Of a DNA stretch of 64,000 nt, positions 1 to 9,990 are shown piece by piece. Each line of letters begins with the position of its first letter. Within the stretch, counting starts at the first letter, position 1. The position numbers were made by a program, and so were the translations under genes. The DNA comes from Nitriliruptoraceae bacterium (GTDB lineage Bacteria; Actinomycetota; Nitriliruptoria; Nitriliruptorales; Nitriliruptoraceae): NCBI GenBank assembly GCA_020832455.1, contig JAFIEQ010000003.1, forward strand, positions 1,393 through 65,392. Direction: 5' to 3'. Under the pieces are notes generated by a model. That model was not told the DNA's origin. It was given only the letters and a program-made list of their open reading frames with translations, and made no database searches.

Positions 1-2469
1 CGCGACCGTCGACCGACGGTGAGCGTCGCCGGCACGAGCGCAGCGCGTCACGTCCCGCTCGGCGCGTTCGGACCGGTGCTGCGCGCCGATCTGCCCGGCG
101 CCGCGTTCGACCGACTCCAGGCGGCCCGCGCCTGGATCGCCGACGCGACCACGCTGCTGGTCGTGGACGACGCCCATCTGCTCGATCCGCTCAGCGCCGC
201 GCTGGTCCTGCAGTTGATCGCGGCCCGACCGGTGTCGGTCGTCGCGACCGCGCGGAGCGACGTCGCCTGCGATCCGGCGGTCGCTGAACTGTGGGTGGGC
301 GGCCGGACCGAGCGCATCGCGCTGGCACCGCTGGAGCGATCACGCACCAGCGCACTGCTGCGCGCGGTGCTCGGCGGGCCCGTGACCCCGAGCACCGAGC
401 GCGAGATCTGGGATCGGACCCGCGGGAACGCCCTCGCACTGCGCGAGCTGGTGACCACGACCCTGGAGGTCGGGGCGCTGGCCGAGGTCGACGGGGTCTG
501 GCGGCTCGACGCCGACATCGCGCTGCCGCGGGAGACGGCCGAGGTCATCGCCGCCCGGCTCGCCACCCTGGACGGTCCGGAACGGGATGCCTTCGAACTC
601 GTCGCGCTCGGTGACCCGCTGCCCCTGGCCGCGCTCGTCGCCGCGGGATCGGCCACCGCCTGCGAGGCGCTCGAGCGGCGCGGGCTCGTCCACGTCGTCG
701 AGCGTGCGGACGGTCCCTGGGTCCGACCGCACCACCCGTTGCACGGCGAGGCGATCCGGGCTGCCGTGAAACCGCTGCGCCGCGCCCGACACGAACGCAC
801 GCTCGCACGGATCGCACCCCACCTCACCGACCTCGATCCGCTCCGCGCGGCCCGCTGGCAGCTCGAGGCCTCGATCGAGCCCGACCACGACCTGCTTCGC
901 CGCGCCGCACTCGCAGCACGCGGTGCCGACCCTCCGCTGCACCGACGCCTCGCCGAGGCGCTCGTGGCGCGGGCACCCAACGCGTCCAACCTCTGTCTCG
1001 CCGCGCAGGCGGCGGCCTCGACCGGACACGGCGCGGACGCGCTGCGTCTGCTCGAGCAGGCGGAGGCAGCCGCCACGGACGACCGTGACCGCGAGGAGAT
1101 CGCCGCGACGGCGATCGACTGGGCCGGTGCGCTCGACGAGGTCGCCGAGGACGCATCGCAGCTCGCGAGGCGACTCGCGGACGCCATCAGCGATCCGGAC
1201 GCCGCCGCGCGGGTGGCGACGACGTTCGCGACCGCAGCGGCACTGAGCGGACGCCGTGACGAGGTGCTGCGAGCGGTCGAACGGATCCTCGCGGCCGACG
1301 ACGTCACCCCGACGACCGTGCTCGCGGCAGCGACCGAACGATCGGTGTTCGGGCTGTTCTCCGGGCGGACGGATGCGCTCGATGAGGAGTTCGACCGGTT
1401 GGCGGAGCTCGCGCTCCAGGTCGGGGACGTCACGACGACGCCCATGATCGAGGCGGGCCGGAGCACGTGGTACTGCCTGGTCGGTCGGCTCCCCGACGCG
1501 ATCGACCAGGACCGGCGGACCCTCGCGGCGGCCATCGAGTCCGGTGACGTCCGTCGGCGGTGGATGGCATCCATCTGGCTGGCGGTCGCCCTGGAACTCT
1601 CCGGCGCCCTGGACGAGGCGCTCGCGGTCCTGGCCGACCTCCAACCCCTCCTGAGCCTCACGGAGCCGGCGGCACTGCGTCACTTCCACCCCGCACTGAG
1701 CGCGACCGTGCACCTGCAGCGGGGTACGGCCGGGCCGGCACGTCGGCTGCTCGCGTCGCTGCCTGCGACGGCCCGCGATGACGTCCGCGTCCACGCGCTG
1801 GCAGGCCGCGCGGAGGCGTGGTCGGCGGGCCTCGACGGTGACCTCGACCAGGTCGCGCGGCGGGCCGGGGAACTCGGTGAGGAACTGCGGGACGCGGGGT
1901 GGGCGGTGTTCGCCGGGCTCTGCCTCTTCGACGCGGTCCGACTCGGCCGGCCCGGTGCCGTAGCCGGGCCGTTGACCGAGTTGGCTGCGGCCGCTGACCC
2001 CTCGACGGAACTGCTGCACGCGCACGCAGCCCACGCCCGGGCGGCGCACGAAGGCGACGCCCAGGCACTGGATGCCGTGGCCGTTCGCTGGGCACGAGCC
2101 GGCGCGTACCTGGTCGCCGCGGAGGCCGGCGGCGCCGCGGCCACCCGGCACGCGCTCGACGGTCGGCCCGACCTGGCGGCCAGAGCCGCCCTGCGCGCGA
2201 CGGGGTGGCTCCAGCGCTGCGGCGCGGCGGCGACCCCTGGCCTCCTCGGCTGGCGCTCACCGTTGACCCCGCGCGAACGGGAGGTCGCCGGGGCGGCGGC
2301 GAGCGGGCGAACCTCTCCGCAGATCGCTGCGCGGCTCGTCCTGTCCGTGCGGACCGTGGACAACCACCTCGCGAACACCTACCGCAAGCTCGGCATCACC
2401 TCCCGCACCGAACTCGCGGACGTCCTCGGTCCCGGAGCCTGGGACCCGGACAGCGAGGGCCGAGGGTGA
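1..2469 (+). CDS. LuxR-family transcriptional regulator, large ATP-binding (LAL/MalT-like) type; 5' end runs off the window
   Basis: ORF 19..2469 stays open back to base 1. Walker-B-like LLVVDDAHLLD near the N-terminus, a long Ala/Leu-rich helical middle, and a C-terminal LuxR HTH (LTPREREV...SPQIAARLVLSVRTVDNHLANTYRKLGITSRTELA). Confidence 0.85.
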   Translation, partial: RDRRPTVSVAGTSAARHVPLGAFGPVLRADLPGAAFDRLQAARAWIADATTLLVVDDAHLLDPLSAALVLQLIAARPVSVVATARSDVACDPAVAELWVGGRTERIALAPLERSRTSALLRAVLGGPVTPSTEREIWDRTRGNALALRELVTTTLEVGALAEVDGVWRLDADIALPRETAEVIAARLATLDGPERDAFELVALGDPLPLAALVAAGSATACEALERRGLVHVVERADGPWVRPHHPLHGEAIRAAVKPLRRARHERTLARIAPHLTDLDPLRAARWQLEASIEPDHDLLRRAALAARGADPPLHRRLAEALVARAPNASNLCLAAQAAASTGHGADALRLLEQAEAAATDDRDREEIAATAIDWAGALDEVAEDASQLARRLADAISDPDAAARVATTFATAAALSGRRDEVLRAVERILAADDVTPTTVLAAATERSVFGLFSGRTDALDEEFDRLAELALQVGDVTTTPMIEAGRSTWYCLVGRLPDAIDQDRRTLAAAIESGDVRRRWMASIWLAVALELSGALDEALAVLADLQPLLSLTEPAALRHFHPALSATVHLQRGTAGPARRLLASLPATARDDVRVHALAGRAEAWSAGLDGDLDQVARRAGELGEELRDAGWAVFAGLCLFDAVRLGRPGAVAGPLTELAAAADPSTELLHAHAAHARAAHEGDAQALDAVAVRWARAGAYLVAAEAGGAAATRHALDGRPDLAARAALRATGWLQRCGAAATPGLLGWRSPLTPREREVAGAAASGRTSPQIAARLVLSVRTVDNHLANTYRKLGITSRTELADVLGPGAWDPDSEGRG

Positions 2470-2508
2470 GCCGGCCGCAGCCACGTCACCAGCCGGCGCC
2501 GCGTGTGC

Positions 2509-5500
2509 TCAGGGCGTCTCCTCGTCCACCGGCCAGACCCGGATGTCGGTGAGCATCTGGAACTGACCGTGCAGGCCATCGCCCATGTAGCTCGGCGCGT
2601 GCAACACGATGCTGGCCTGCCCTGCCTCCTCGACATCGTCGGCCAGCAGCACCGGCCGTCCCCCGTCGGCGGCGCTGGGCAGCGTGCCGTGGCGCAGGAA
2701 GTTCACGTCTCCCTTGCAGCGGTTGAACCCGTCGAGTGGGGTGAACGGGCCGCCGCGCAGCGACTCCATGCGCATGTGGGCCCGGACCGGGAGATGATCG
2801 CCGACCTCGACGACGGGCAGGATCTCGTCCCCGACCCGCAGGATGGCGCGACCGAGCGGATCGCCGGTGAGGCGGAAACGCTTGCCGCTCTGGTCGACGC
2901 ACGGGGTCGGCCCGTTCCCTCGACCACGACTGATGTGGATCGGTCCGGCGAGCGCCTCGACCTGGATGATGCGCGTCCGATCGGCCTCCACGCCACCCGG
3001 ACGTTCCACCCGCCCGGACGGGCCCTGCGGTGGTCCGGCGTACACCCCGGGGAACAGGGCGGTCTCCGGACGCATGTAGTCGACCCGCACCTCCCAGTCG
3101 ATCCGCCACTGCCGCCCCGGGGTGGTCACCCGGGGGTTCCACACCCCCGGCACGAGGTTGCCGTCCTGCAGCCACCCGACGACGTCCGGATGCTCCGTGC
3201 CGACGAGCCAGGTCAACGCATCGCCGTACACCGCGCGGTTGCCCCGCTCGTCCCGGAGCTCCAGCGCGAGGTGGTAGCCGGTGAGCGCGCACGCGGTGTC
3301 GATCACGACGCGGGGTGCTTGTTCGAGGATGTCGGTGGTCGCGACGTGCGGGATGCGTTCCGCGGGACATCCCGGCGGCGGCGGGGAGGCCGCGTCGTAG
3401 GTCCCGCGTGGCCGGGCGACCAGGGTCGCGGTCACGGGCCGGTCCGCGACGATGTCGACCCCCAGCACGTTGCGATCCTGGCCGTCCACCCGGGTGAGCA
3501 CCTGCGTGCGGGCCCCGTCGAGCACCGGGAAGTCCCGATCCCGCACGTCGACGGGCACCGGGAACACGACCCACCCCGCCGGCGACGAGCGCCCGGTGGA
3601 GACCACGGCGACCTGGATCCGGCCGATCTGCCGACCGCTGTCGACCTCCGAGAGGGGCAGGTCGTAGAGGTCGACACACCGGTCGCAGGCCTGCCCGTGC
3701 CGCGGATGGGCCGGATCGGTCACCAGCCGGACCCGGAAGGTCCGTCGCTGGACGTCGCGGTAGTCCCCACGCACGCTGGTCAGCAGCTCGAGGCGCCCCC
3801 CCTGCAACCCGTCGGTCACCTCGAACCGGCACAGCTCGTGCGGGAGCGGATCGAGCGTCGCGCCCGGGATGCGCGCCATGGTGCATCGCTCGTCGGACCC
3901 GTCCGCCTGGAACAGCACGATCGCGCCCCGCGGCAGCCCGGCCACCCGGTCGGGGTCGACGAACGACCCCTCCGTCGCGACGACCTGCACCGTCGGCCGT
4001 TCCGGCGGCTGCAGGATGTGGGCCTCACGGTCGACGACCCGGCGCGCGCCACCGACGAGCTCCTCCCACCGCAGGCACAGCTCGAAGATCGCCCCGTCGG
4101 ACGGATCGAGTTCCGTGGCGAACCGTTCGATCGCATCGAACGCCGGATCGCTCCCGACGGGTGCGACCACTCCGACCCTGCCCCCGGGCGCGAGCTCCAC
4201 GATGCGGTCCGGATCCGCCTCGAGCGAGCGGGACTCCACGCCCGGGCACTGCGAGGTCAGCGCAGGTTGCGAGGGATCGCGCACCACCACGGTCGCCGCC
4301 ACCTCGACCCCAGGACGGGTCCAGGCGTTGATGCGGACACGCCGGTCCGTGATGGTGTTCACCGTGGTCGCCGGCCGCTCGCCCGCGGGAGGCGCCGGCG
4401 CCAGCACGCGCGCCTCGAGGGGAGACCAGCCCTCCGCGATGGCATTGTGGGCGCGACCGCGGATCTCCAGCAGCTCCCCCGGTGTCGGCGGACGGGCCAC
4501 GGCGACGCAGTGGTCCACGATGCGGTTGCCCCGGGCGCGCTGCTCCGCGATCCGGGTCGGATCGACGCGCTGCGGGAGCACGATGTCGTACCAGGGCGCG
4601 TCCTCGCCCACCGCGGTGACCGTCAAGCCGATCCAATCCGGGTACCCATCGAACGTGAGGCGTAGCGGGAACTGATCGTCGTCCCAGTCGAGAAGCCTCG
4701 CGCAGCGCGGTCCCGGGTCGACGGCGGCCCCGATCAGGCGCAGCGGCGTGTTGAGCGGCAGCACCGTGGCCGAGGTCCCGTCCCCGCAGTCGACCGGCTC
4801 GCCGTCGAGCTCGGCCGCACAGACGTCGAGGAACTCGGGTTCGAACGCCCGCAGGACCATGTCCCGCAGCCTCGGGTCGTCGAACCCGAGCAGGGGCCCC
4901 GGGAGGAGGAACCGCTCGTCGTCGTCGCGCAACGCGTCGTCGTCGACCGCGGGCGGATCATCGCTCGGGACGGCCTCGTCGTCCGCCGGCGGGTCGGTGA
5001 CCTCGTGCAGGTCGAGGACGCGCGGCGGGGGTCCGTCGTCTCCCTCGACCGGCGCGTCGCCATCTGCCGGACCGCCAGCGTCATCGGCACGGCCGGCGGC
5101 GTCAGGGGCGACGGGATCGTCATCGGTGGTCGGGGCGGCCCCGGCCGTGCCCTGCGCCGGTGCCGGAGCGGGCCTCGCCGCCGCGAGTGCGGCCTCGACG
5201 ATCCCGTCGGGATCCTCGGGGGTGTGACCCCAGGCGCGCAGGTCGACGGAGTCGGGCCGGGGCGCCCCCCCCCCCGGGCCCCGCCCCGCCGCCGGGGGGG
5301 GGCCCCCCGCGCGGCCGGGCGGGCGGGGGGGCGGCGGCCCCCCCGACCCCCGGGGGCAGCGGCCCGGAGGCCGGGAGCTCGATCAGCGGCTCGTCGTCGA
5401 CGACGGTGCCCTCCTCGCCGACCACCGTGAGGGCCTCCTCGAGGTCGAACTCGGCGGGCACCACGCCCGTCGCCGCCAGCGCCTCCTCCAGCGGGTGCTC

Positions 5501-5689
5501 GGGGTGCAGATCGAAGGAGCCGACGGGCTCCGCGACCGGTACGACCCAGGGCTCGGGCGGTGGGTCGGTCGCGATCGCCCGGCTGACGGTGAACGCCAGC
5601 AGGCCGAGGGCGACCGCACCGACCACGGTCAACGCCAGGGGGACCACCGTGCCGAAGCGGCCGGTCGCCAGGGGACCTCGAGCGGTCAT
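2509..5689 (-). pseudogene. Large single-pass membrane-anchored Cys-containing protein of unknown function (paralog 1); frame broken by the GC-only tract at 5253..5345
   Basis: ORF 5120..5689 supplies an N-terminal TM anchor (VVPLALTVVGAVALGLLAF) and WVVPVAEPVGSFDLHPEHPLEEA, matching the N-terminus of the downstream paralog. ORF 2509..4932 supplies the rest, and its frame is open upstream to the tract (..PDSVDLRAWGHTPEDPDG..). The two parts differ by one frame. GGAG lies 6 nt before the ATG at 5689. Confidence 0.7.
5253..5345. repeat. GC-only homopolymer-rich tract 1 (93 nt with no A or T)
   Basis: Direct reading: 5253..5345 contains only G and C, with runs up to C11 and G9, and sits inside the paralog-1 gene. 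Confidence 0.9.
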
Positions 5690-5710
5690 GGGGAGCTCCT
5701 CACAGGTCGA

Positions 5711-8700
5711 TCAGGACCGGCGGTCACGCGGGTCCGGGGTGATGCGCAGGACCCCGTCGACGAGGTAGAGGTAGGGGATGTCCCAGTCCTCGAAGCCGCG
5801 CGGTGTCGACGGCGTCCGTGGCGGTCGGTCCGCCACCCAGAGGGTCTCGCTGCGCGCGACGAGCGGGACCGTGGGGCGTGCGGCGAGCTCCTGGGCGGCG
5901 TAGCGGCGGGTCGGTGCGTTGAAGTCGTCGCCGAACGCGCCGACGACCCGCATCGGCTTGGTCGCCACCTGACGGTTGCCATGGCTGTGGAAGCCGCAAC
6001 CCCCGACCATCCACATCTCGAGGTGGCCGGTGCCGCCGATCACGACCTCGTCGGGAACCTCGACCTCGAAGGTCCGCGCGGGGTGCTCCGCGCGGGGGTC
6101 GATGCACCGACGTCCGTCGCCGGCATCCTCGCCTGCGCGCAGCACGGCCGGTCCGAGCCGGACCTCCAACGAGCCGAGGAACGAGTGCGCCGCGCGACGG
6201 CGTGGCGTCTCCATCCAGCTCCGAGAGATCCGGGCGGGATCACCCTGCCAGGTGAGCTCCGGGGCGACCTCGAGCCGGATCTGGGTCTCGACCTCCCACC
6301 GGTGTCCGTCGGTGGTGTGCACGGGCCGCCATCCCGACGCGCGGTAGTCATCACCCGCGGCCGGCAGATCCTCGTGGACCCGCGTCGCGAGCAGCCACGT
6401 GACCAGGTCGCCCTGGACCGTGCGCGCCCCGTCCTCGTCGATCAGTTCGACAGCCAGGCGGTAGCGCGTCAGGGCACACGCATCCTCGATGCGCAGCTGC
6501 CCACCGACGCGGAACTGCTCCGAGCCGACCAGGTGGGGCAGCCGCTCCGCCGGGCAGCCGAGGGGGACGGGGGCGTCCGCGTCGCGCTGGGTGATGGGGC
6601 GCGCCGCGAGGCGGACCTGCACCGGCCGGTCCGCCCGGTAGTCGAAGACGATCCCGCGCCGGGCGTCGTCCAGGTCGGCCGTGATGGTGCTGCGGACCGT
6701 GTCCAACACGGGACGATCGGGCGTGACGTCCTCGTGGGACAGCGGGAACGTCAGCCAGCTCCCGTGGGGGTCACCCCCCACGGCCACACTGATCCGGACC
6801 GCCCCGGCGGGGACCAGCCCGCGCGCATGCGATCGGGACGAGGACCAGCCGTAGACGGTGTAGGTGTCTCCACAGGCCAGGCAGTCGCCGTGGTGTCGCG
6901 AGCTCAGGTGGGACGGCAGTCGGATCAGGTGGTCCGCCGCGTGGACCTCGCGACCGCCGGAGCCCTCGGACTCCATCGGCAGACTCAGGATCACCTGCTG
7001 CCGCTCGTCGGTCAGCTCGAACCGACAGAGCCGGACGTGCTCCGCGAGCTCGCCACGCAGCACGTCGGTCACGCTACGGGTGCACGTCTCGGCGAGCGGG
7101 ACGTCCTGGATCAGGTGGTTCGTGCCCAGTGTCGTGCCGTTGCCGGCCGCCCGCAGCTGCCGGACGTCGGCCCAGGCCCGGCCGGTGACGCGCCGACCGT
7201 CCGCGCCGACCTCCCGGAAGAAGGACTCCGTGCTCGGGTGCAGGAGGACCTCGACGACGGGCCGCTCCGGTGGGGCGACGAGGTGCGACTCACGTTCGAT
7301 CACGACCCGGTCCCCGTCGAGTACGCGGGTCCAGGTGAGGCAGAGCTCGAAGACCGGCGGTTGCGCGTCGAGGTCGGACGTGCGGAAGGCCAGGTCGTAG
7401 ATCAGCTCGGTCGTGAACGACGCGTCGAACGCGCGCCCAGGAGCGGACGCCAACCGCTGGACGGGTCGGATGCGCACGGGTGCACCCGGCCGGGCGTAGG
7501 AGCCGCTGGCCTGCCAGGCGGCCCCTTCGAGCTGCTGGGGATCGCACTGCGTCCCCAGTCCGCGCACGGCGGGATCACGGACCACGAGGTGCGCGGCGAC
7601 GAGCCGCTCACGGCCGGACGCGACCCGCGCGAGCAGCCGACGGTCGCCGACCGGCTCCAGCACCGTCGGTGGCCGACCCTCCACCTGCGTCAGCGGCAGG
7701 GGGAGCGTGAACCGCACCCGCTCGTAGCCCCAGTCCTGTCCGCGGGCCTGGACGTGCAGCTCGTAGCTGTTCGCGCCCGCCTGCCGGGGCAAGCGTTGGC
7801 AGTGGTGGTAGACGCGCTGTCCCCAGCCGAGGAACTGCTGGGCCGCGCGCAGGGGGACCTGGGTCCGCTCCTCGGTCACCGAGCGGTCGCGATCTCCCTG
7901 CCAGCGCAGGACGATCTCCCGCGGCGGCTGGTTGAACGAGACCCGGACCGGGACACCGGGGCCCTCCTCGAGATCCGCACACCGCGGGCCGTGGTCGATG
8001 GCCGCGGTGACGACCTCGAGCGGTGGGAACAGCGCAGCGATGGTGCCGCCCATGCCCTCCCCGCAATCGATCGGCTCGTCGTCGATCGTCCCGGCGCAGA
8101 CGTCGAGGAAGTCGGGATCCGACGCGGGGCCGAGCAGCAGCCCGGCGCCGTCGTCCGCGATCCGCTCGTCGGGCACGGTACGCATCGACTCCGCGAGCAG
8201 CGCATCGAACACCGCCGGGTCGCTGCCCTCGCCGCCCCCCTCGTCAGCGAGCACGTCGTCGTCGGGCGGCTCGGGGTCGGACCCGGAGCCGCGCGCCACG
8301 ATGCCGACCCCGGCGGGGACCTCGGCCCACCGGCTCGAGCCGGTTCCAGCCGTGTCCGGGTCCGGCGTCCCGGGACGGTCGTAGCCCTGCGCGGAGAGGT
8401 CCACCCGGGGGGTGTCCACGCCGGGCACGACCAGCGAGGTCACCGTGTCCGGCGATGCCTCGAGCCGAGGATCGACCAGCAGCGCACCGACCGCTTCCAG
8501 GAGCTCGGAGGTGGGTCCGTCCTGATCCGGGGCCGCCAGCTCGGAGACCTCACCCCCGGATGCAGCAGCGGCCCGCCCGAAGGCCTCGTCAAGGGGCAGC
8601 TCCGGGTCGAGTGGGAACGAACGGATCGGTTCGGCGACCGCCGCGATCCAGTCCTGACGGGGATCGGCCGACGCGCCGGCGACGGCCCGCGTGAGCCCGA

Positions 8701-8779
8701 AGGACGCGACACCGACGAGCACGATGCCAACGAGCACCACCGCGATCGTCCGCGGACGGGAGCGGGACAGGGCACTCAT
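5711..8779 (-). CDS. Large single-pass membrane-anchored Cys-containing protein of unknown function (paralog 2), about 1,022 aa
   Basis: Continuous ORF. The ATG at 8779 overlaps the upstream stop (ATGA). N-terminal signal anchor RTIAVVLVGIVLVGVASFGL, an acidic/Pro-rich linker, then about 800 aa sharing collinear blocks with 2509..5689 (FLDVCAG..DCGEG, FELCLTW..PPERP, LCRFELTD, GCPAERLPH..ACALTRYRLAVEL). Confidence 0.75.
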   Translation of the reverse strand: MSALSRSRPRTIAVVLVGIVLVGVASFGLTRAVAGASADPRQDWIAAVAEPIRSFPLDPELPLDEAFGRAAAASGGEVSELAAPDQDGPTSELLEAVGALLVDPRLEASPDTVTSLVVPGVDTPRVDLSAQGYDRPGTPDPDTAGTGSSRWAEVPAGVGIVARGSGSDPEPPDDDVLADEGGGEGSDPAVFDALLAESMRTVPDERIADDGAGLLLGPASDPDFLDVCAGTIDDEPIDCGEGMGGTIAALFPPLEVVTAAIDHGPRCADLEEGPGVPVRVSFNQPPREIVLRWQGDRDRSVTEERTQVPLRAAQQFLGWGQRVYHHCQRLPRQAGANSYELHVQARGQDWGYERVRFTLPLPLTQVEGRPPTVLEPVGDRRLLARVASGRERLVAAHLVVRDPAVRGLGTQCDPQQLEGAAWQASGSYARPGAPVRIRPVQRLASAPGRAFDASFTTELIYDLAFRTSDLDAQPPVFELCLTWTRVLDGDRVVIERESHLVAPPERPVVEVLLHPSTESFFREVGADGRRVTGRAWADVRQLRAAGNGTTLGTNHLIQDVPLAETCTRSVTDVLRGELAEHVRLCRFELTDERQQVILSLPMESEGSGGREVHAADHLIRLPSHLSSRHHGDCLACGDTYTVYGWSSSRSHARGLVPAGAVRISVAVGGDPHGSWLTFPLSHEDVTPDRPVLDTVRSTITADLDDARRGIVFDYRADRPVQVRLAARPITQRDADAPVPLGCPAERLPHLVGSEQFRVGGQLRIEDACALTRYRLAVELIDEDGARTVQGDLVTWLLATRVHEDLPAAGDDYRASGWRPVHTTDGHRWEVETQIRLEVAPELTWQGDPARISRSWMETPRRRAAHSFLGSLEVRLGPAVLRAGEDAGDGRRCIDPRAEHPARTFEVEVPDEVVIGGTGHLEMWMVGGCGFHSHGNRQVATKPMRVVGAFGDDFNAPTRRYAAQELAARPTVPLVARSETLWVADRPPRTPSTPRGFEDWDIPYLYLVDGVLRITPDPRDRRS

Positions 8780-9990
8780 GCGAAGTCGCACCAGAAGAGC
8801 TGGACGCGGTTCCCACTGCTCGACGCCAGGGTCCGGGTAGGGCCGTCGACCGGCACGGCGCGGGCCTCCCACCGGATCGTCGCGTTCCCGAACACCTCGA
8901 TCCCGTTGGCGCTCGGCTGGTAGGGGCCGAGCTCACGGCGGTAGCGGTTGGCGGGGCCGCTCACGAGCGGGCTCATCGTCTGCCAGGAGGTCCAGCTGCC
9001 ATCGCCGACCCGGGAGCGCAGCTGCACCGAGGCCAGCCCGCTCGGGTGGCTCGCCTCCACGGTGATCGCGGAGGTCAGGGGCAGGTTGGTGTCACAGGCG
9101 CCGATGTTCGCGGCGACGGCCTCCCTGATCTGGGCGTTGGAGCGGCTCACGAACGTCAGCGTCGGTTCGACGACAGGCGGCGGCTCGGGCGCCGGCTCCG
9201 GTGCGGGAGACGGTGGGGGCGGGCTCGGGGACGGCGAAGGAGACGGGCTCGGCGACGGTGCGGGACTCGGCGACGGAGACGGGCTCGGCGACGGTGAGGG
9301 ACTCGGCGACGGCGAGGGATCCGGGCTCGGCGACGGCGAGGGACTCGGCGACGGCGAGGGATCCGGGCTCGGCGACGGCGAGGGATCCGTCGAGGGCGCC
9401 GGCGCCGCGGTGACGGGCGCGTCGTCGCTCGGGGTCGGGTCCTGGTCCGGCGCGGAGTCCTCCTCCAGCTCGTCCTCGACCGGCTCAGGGTCGTCCGGTT
9501 CCTCGGCGGCGCCCGGCTCCTCGGTGCTCGGAGGCTCGTCCGATCCGTCCGTGTCGGGCAGTGCCACCACGACCTCGGTGACCACGCAGTCGGGCTCGAC
9601 GACAGCCAGGGACGCGAGCTCCTCGTCCGGGACGACCATCGCCGTGGGCATCCACACGCGGTCCGACCCGTCGGTCGGCGCGCGCAGTTCGACCCACGAC
9701 CCGTCCTCGGACCGACCCGTCAGGAAGATCCGATCGCCGCGGGAGAGCTCGCCGGCGACCAGGTCGTCGGGACAGGCGTGGTAGGGCACCCCGCCGGTGG
9801 ACGGCGGGACCACGTCCACGTCGGCAGCCGACATCGCGATGCCGGCACCGACGCCGACCGCGGTCGCGGCCGCACCGACGGCGAGTCCGATCAGGATCCG
9901 GTTCATGCGTCGCAACCTCCGTCCGCGGGTCAGCACCCGCGCGTAGATCTCGGTCCGTGGCGTCGGAGCGGGCCAGCGCAGATCACTCAT
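8776..9990 (-). CDS. Membrane-anchored protein with an SH3-like segment, a long (Ser-Pro)n linker and a C-terminal Cys-bounded domain; cotranscribed with the ECF sigma factor
   Basis: The ATG at 9990 overlaps the sigma-factor stop (ATGA). After 30 cytoplasmic residues comes the TM helix ILIGLAVGAAATAVGVGAGIAM, then GDRIFLTGRSEDGSWVELRAP (SH3b-like), about 70 residues of SP/DP repeats, and a C-terminal domain ending QLFWCDFA. Confidence 0.7.
   Translation of the reverse strand: MSDLRWPAPTPRTEIYARVLTRGRRLRRMNRILIGLAVGAAATAVGVGAGIAMSAADVDVVPPSTGGVPYHACPDDLVAGELSRGDRIFLTGRSEDGSWVELRAPTDGSDRVWMPTAMVVPDEELASLAVVEPDCVVTEVVVALPDTDGSDEPPSTEEPGAAEEPDDPEPVEDELEEDSAPDQDPTPSDDAPVTAAPAPSTDPSPSPSPDPSPSPSPSPSPSPDPSPSPSPSPSPSPSPSPSPAPSPSPSPSPSPSPPPPSPAPEPAPEPPPVVEPTLTFVSRSNAQIREAVAANIGACDTNLPLTSAITVEASHPSGLASVQLRSRVGDGSWTSWQTMSPLVSGPANRYRRELGPYQPSANGIEVFGNATIRWEARAVPVDGPTRTLASSSGNRVQLFWCDFA
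9181..9402 (-). repeat. In-frame tandem nucleotide repeats encoding the (Ser-Pro)n linker
   Basis: Repeated ctcggcgacgg(c/t)ga(g/c)gg units. Includes a 42-nt period duplication (9311..9352 versus 9353..9394) whose first 33 nt are identical. Confidence 0.85.

Noticed and set aside
2503-8923. Plus-strand ORFs of 720 aa (2503..4665) and 1,142 aa (5495..8923).
   Set aside because: They lie antisense to the two large paralog genes. The minus-strand products align to each other in collinear blocks and have TM anchors and RBS or ATGA coupling. The plus-strand translations are Arg/Gly/Pro/Asp-rich with no structure.
9181-9402. A regular short-period repeat array, considered as a CRISPR or VNTR locus.
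   Set aside because: The period is 6 to 42 nt with no unique spacers. The array is in frame inside a CDS, encodes Ser-Pro repeats, and has no cas genes nearby. It is reported as a coding tandem repeat instead.
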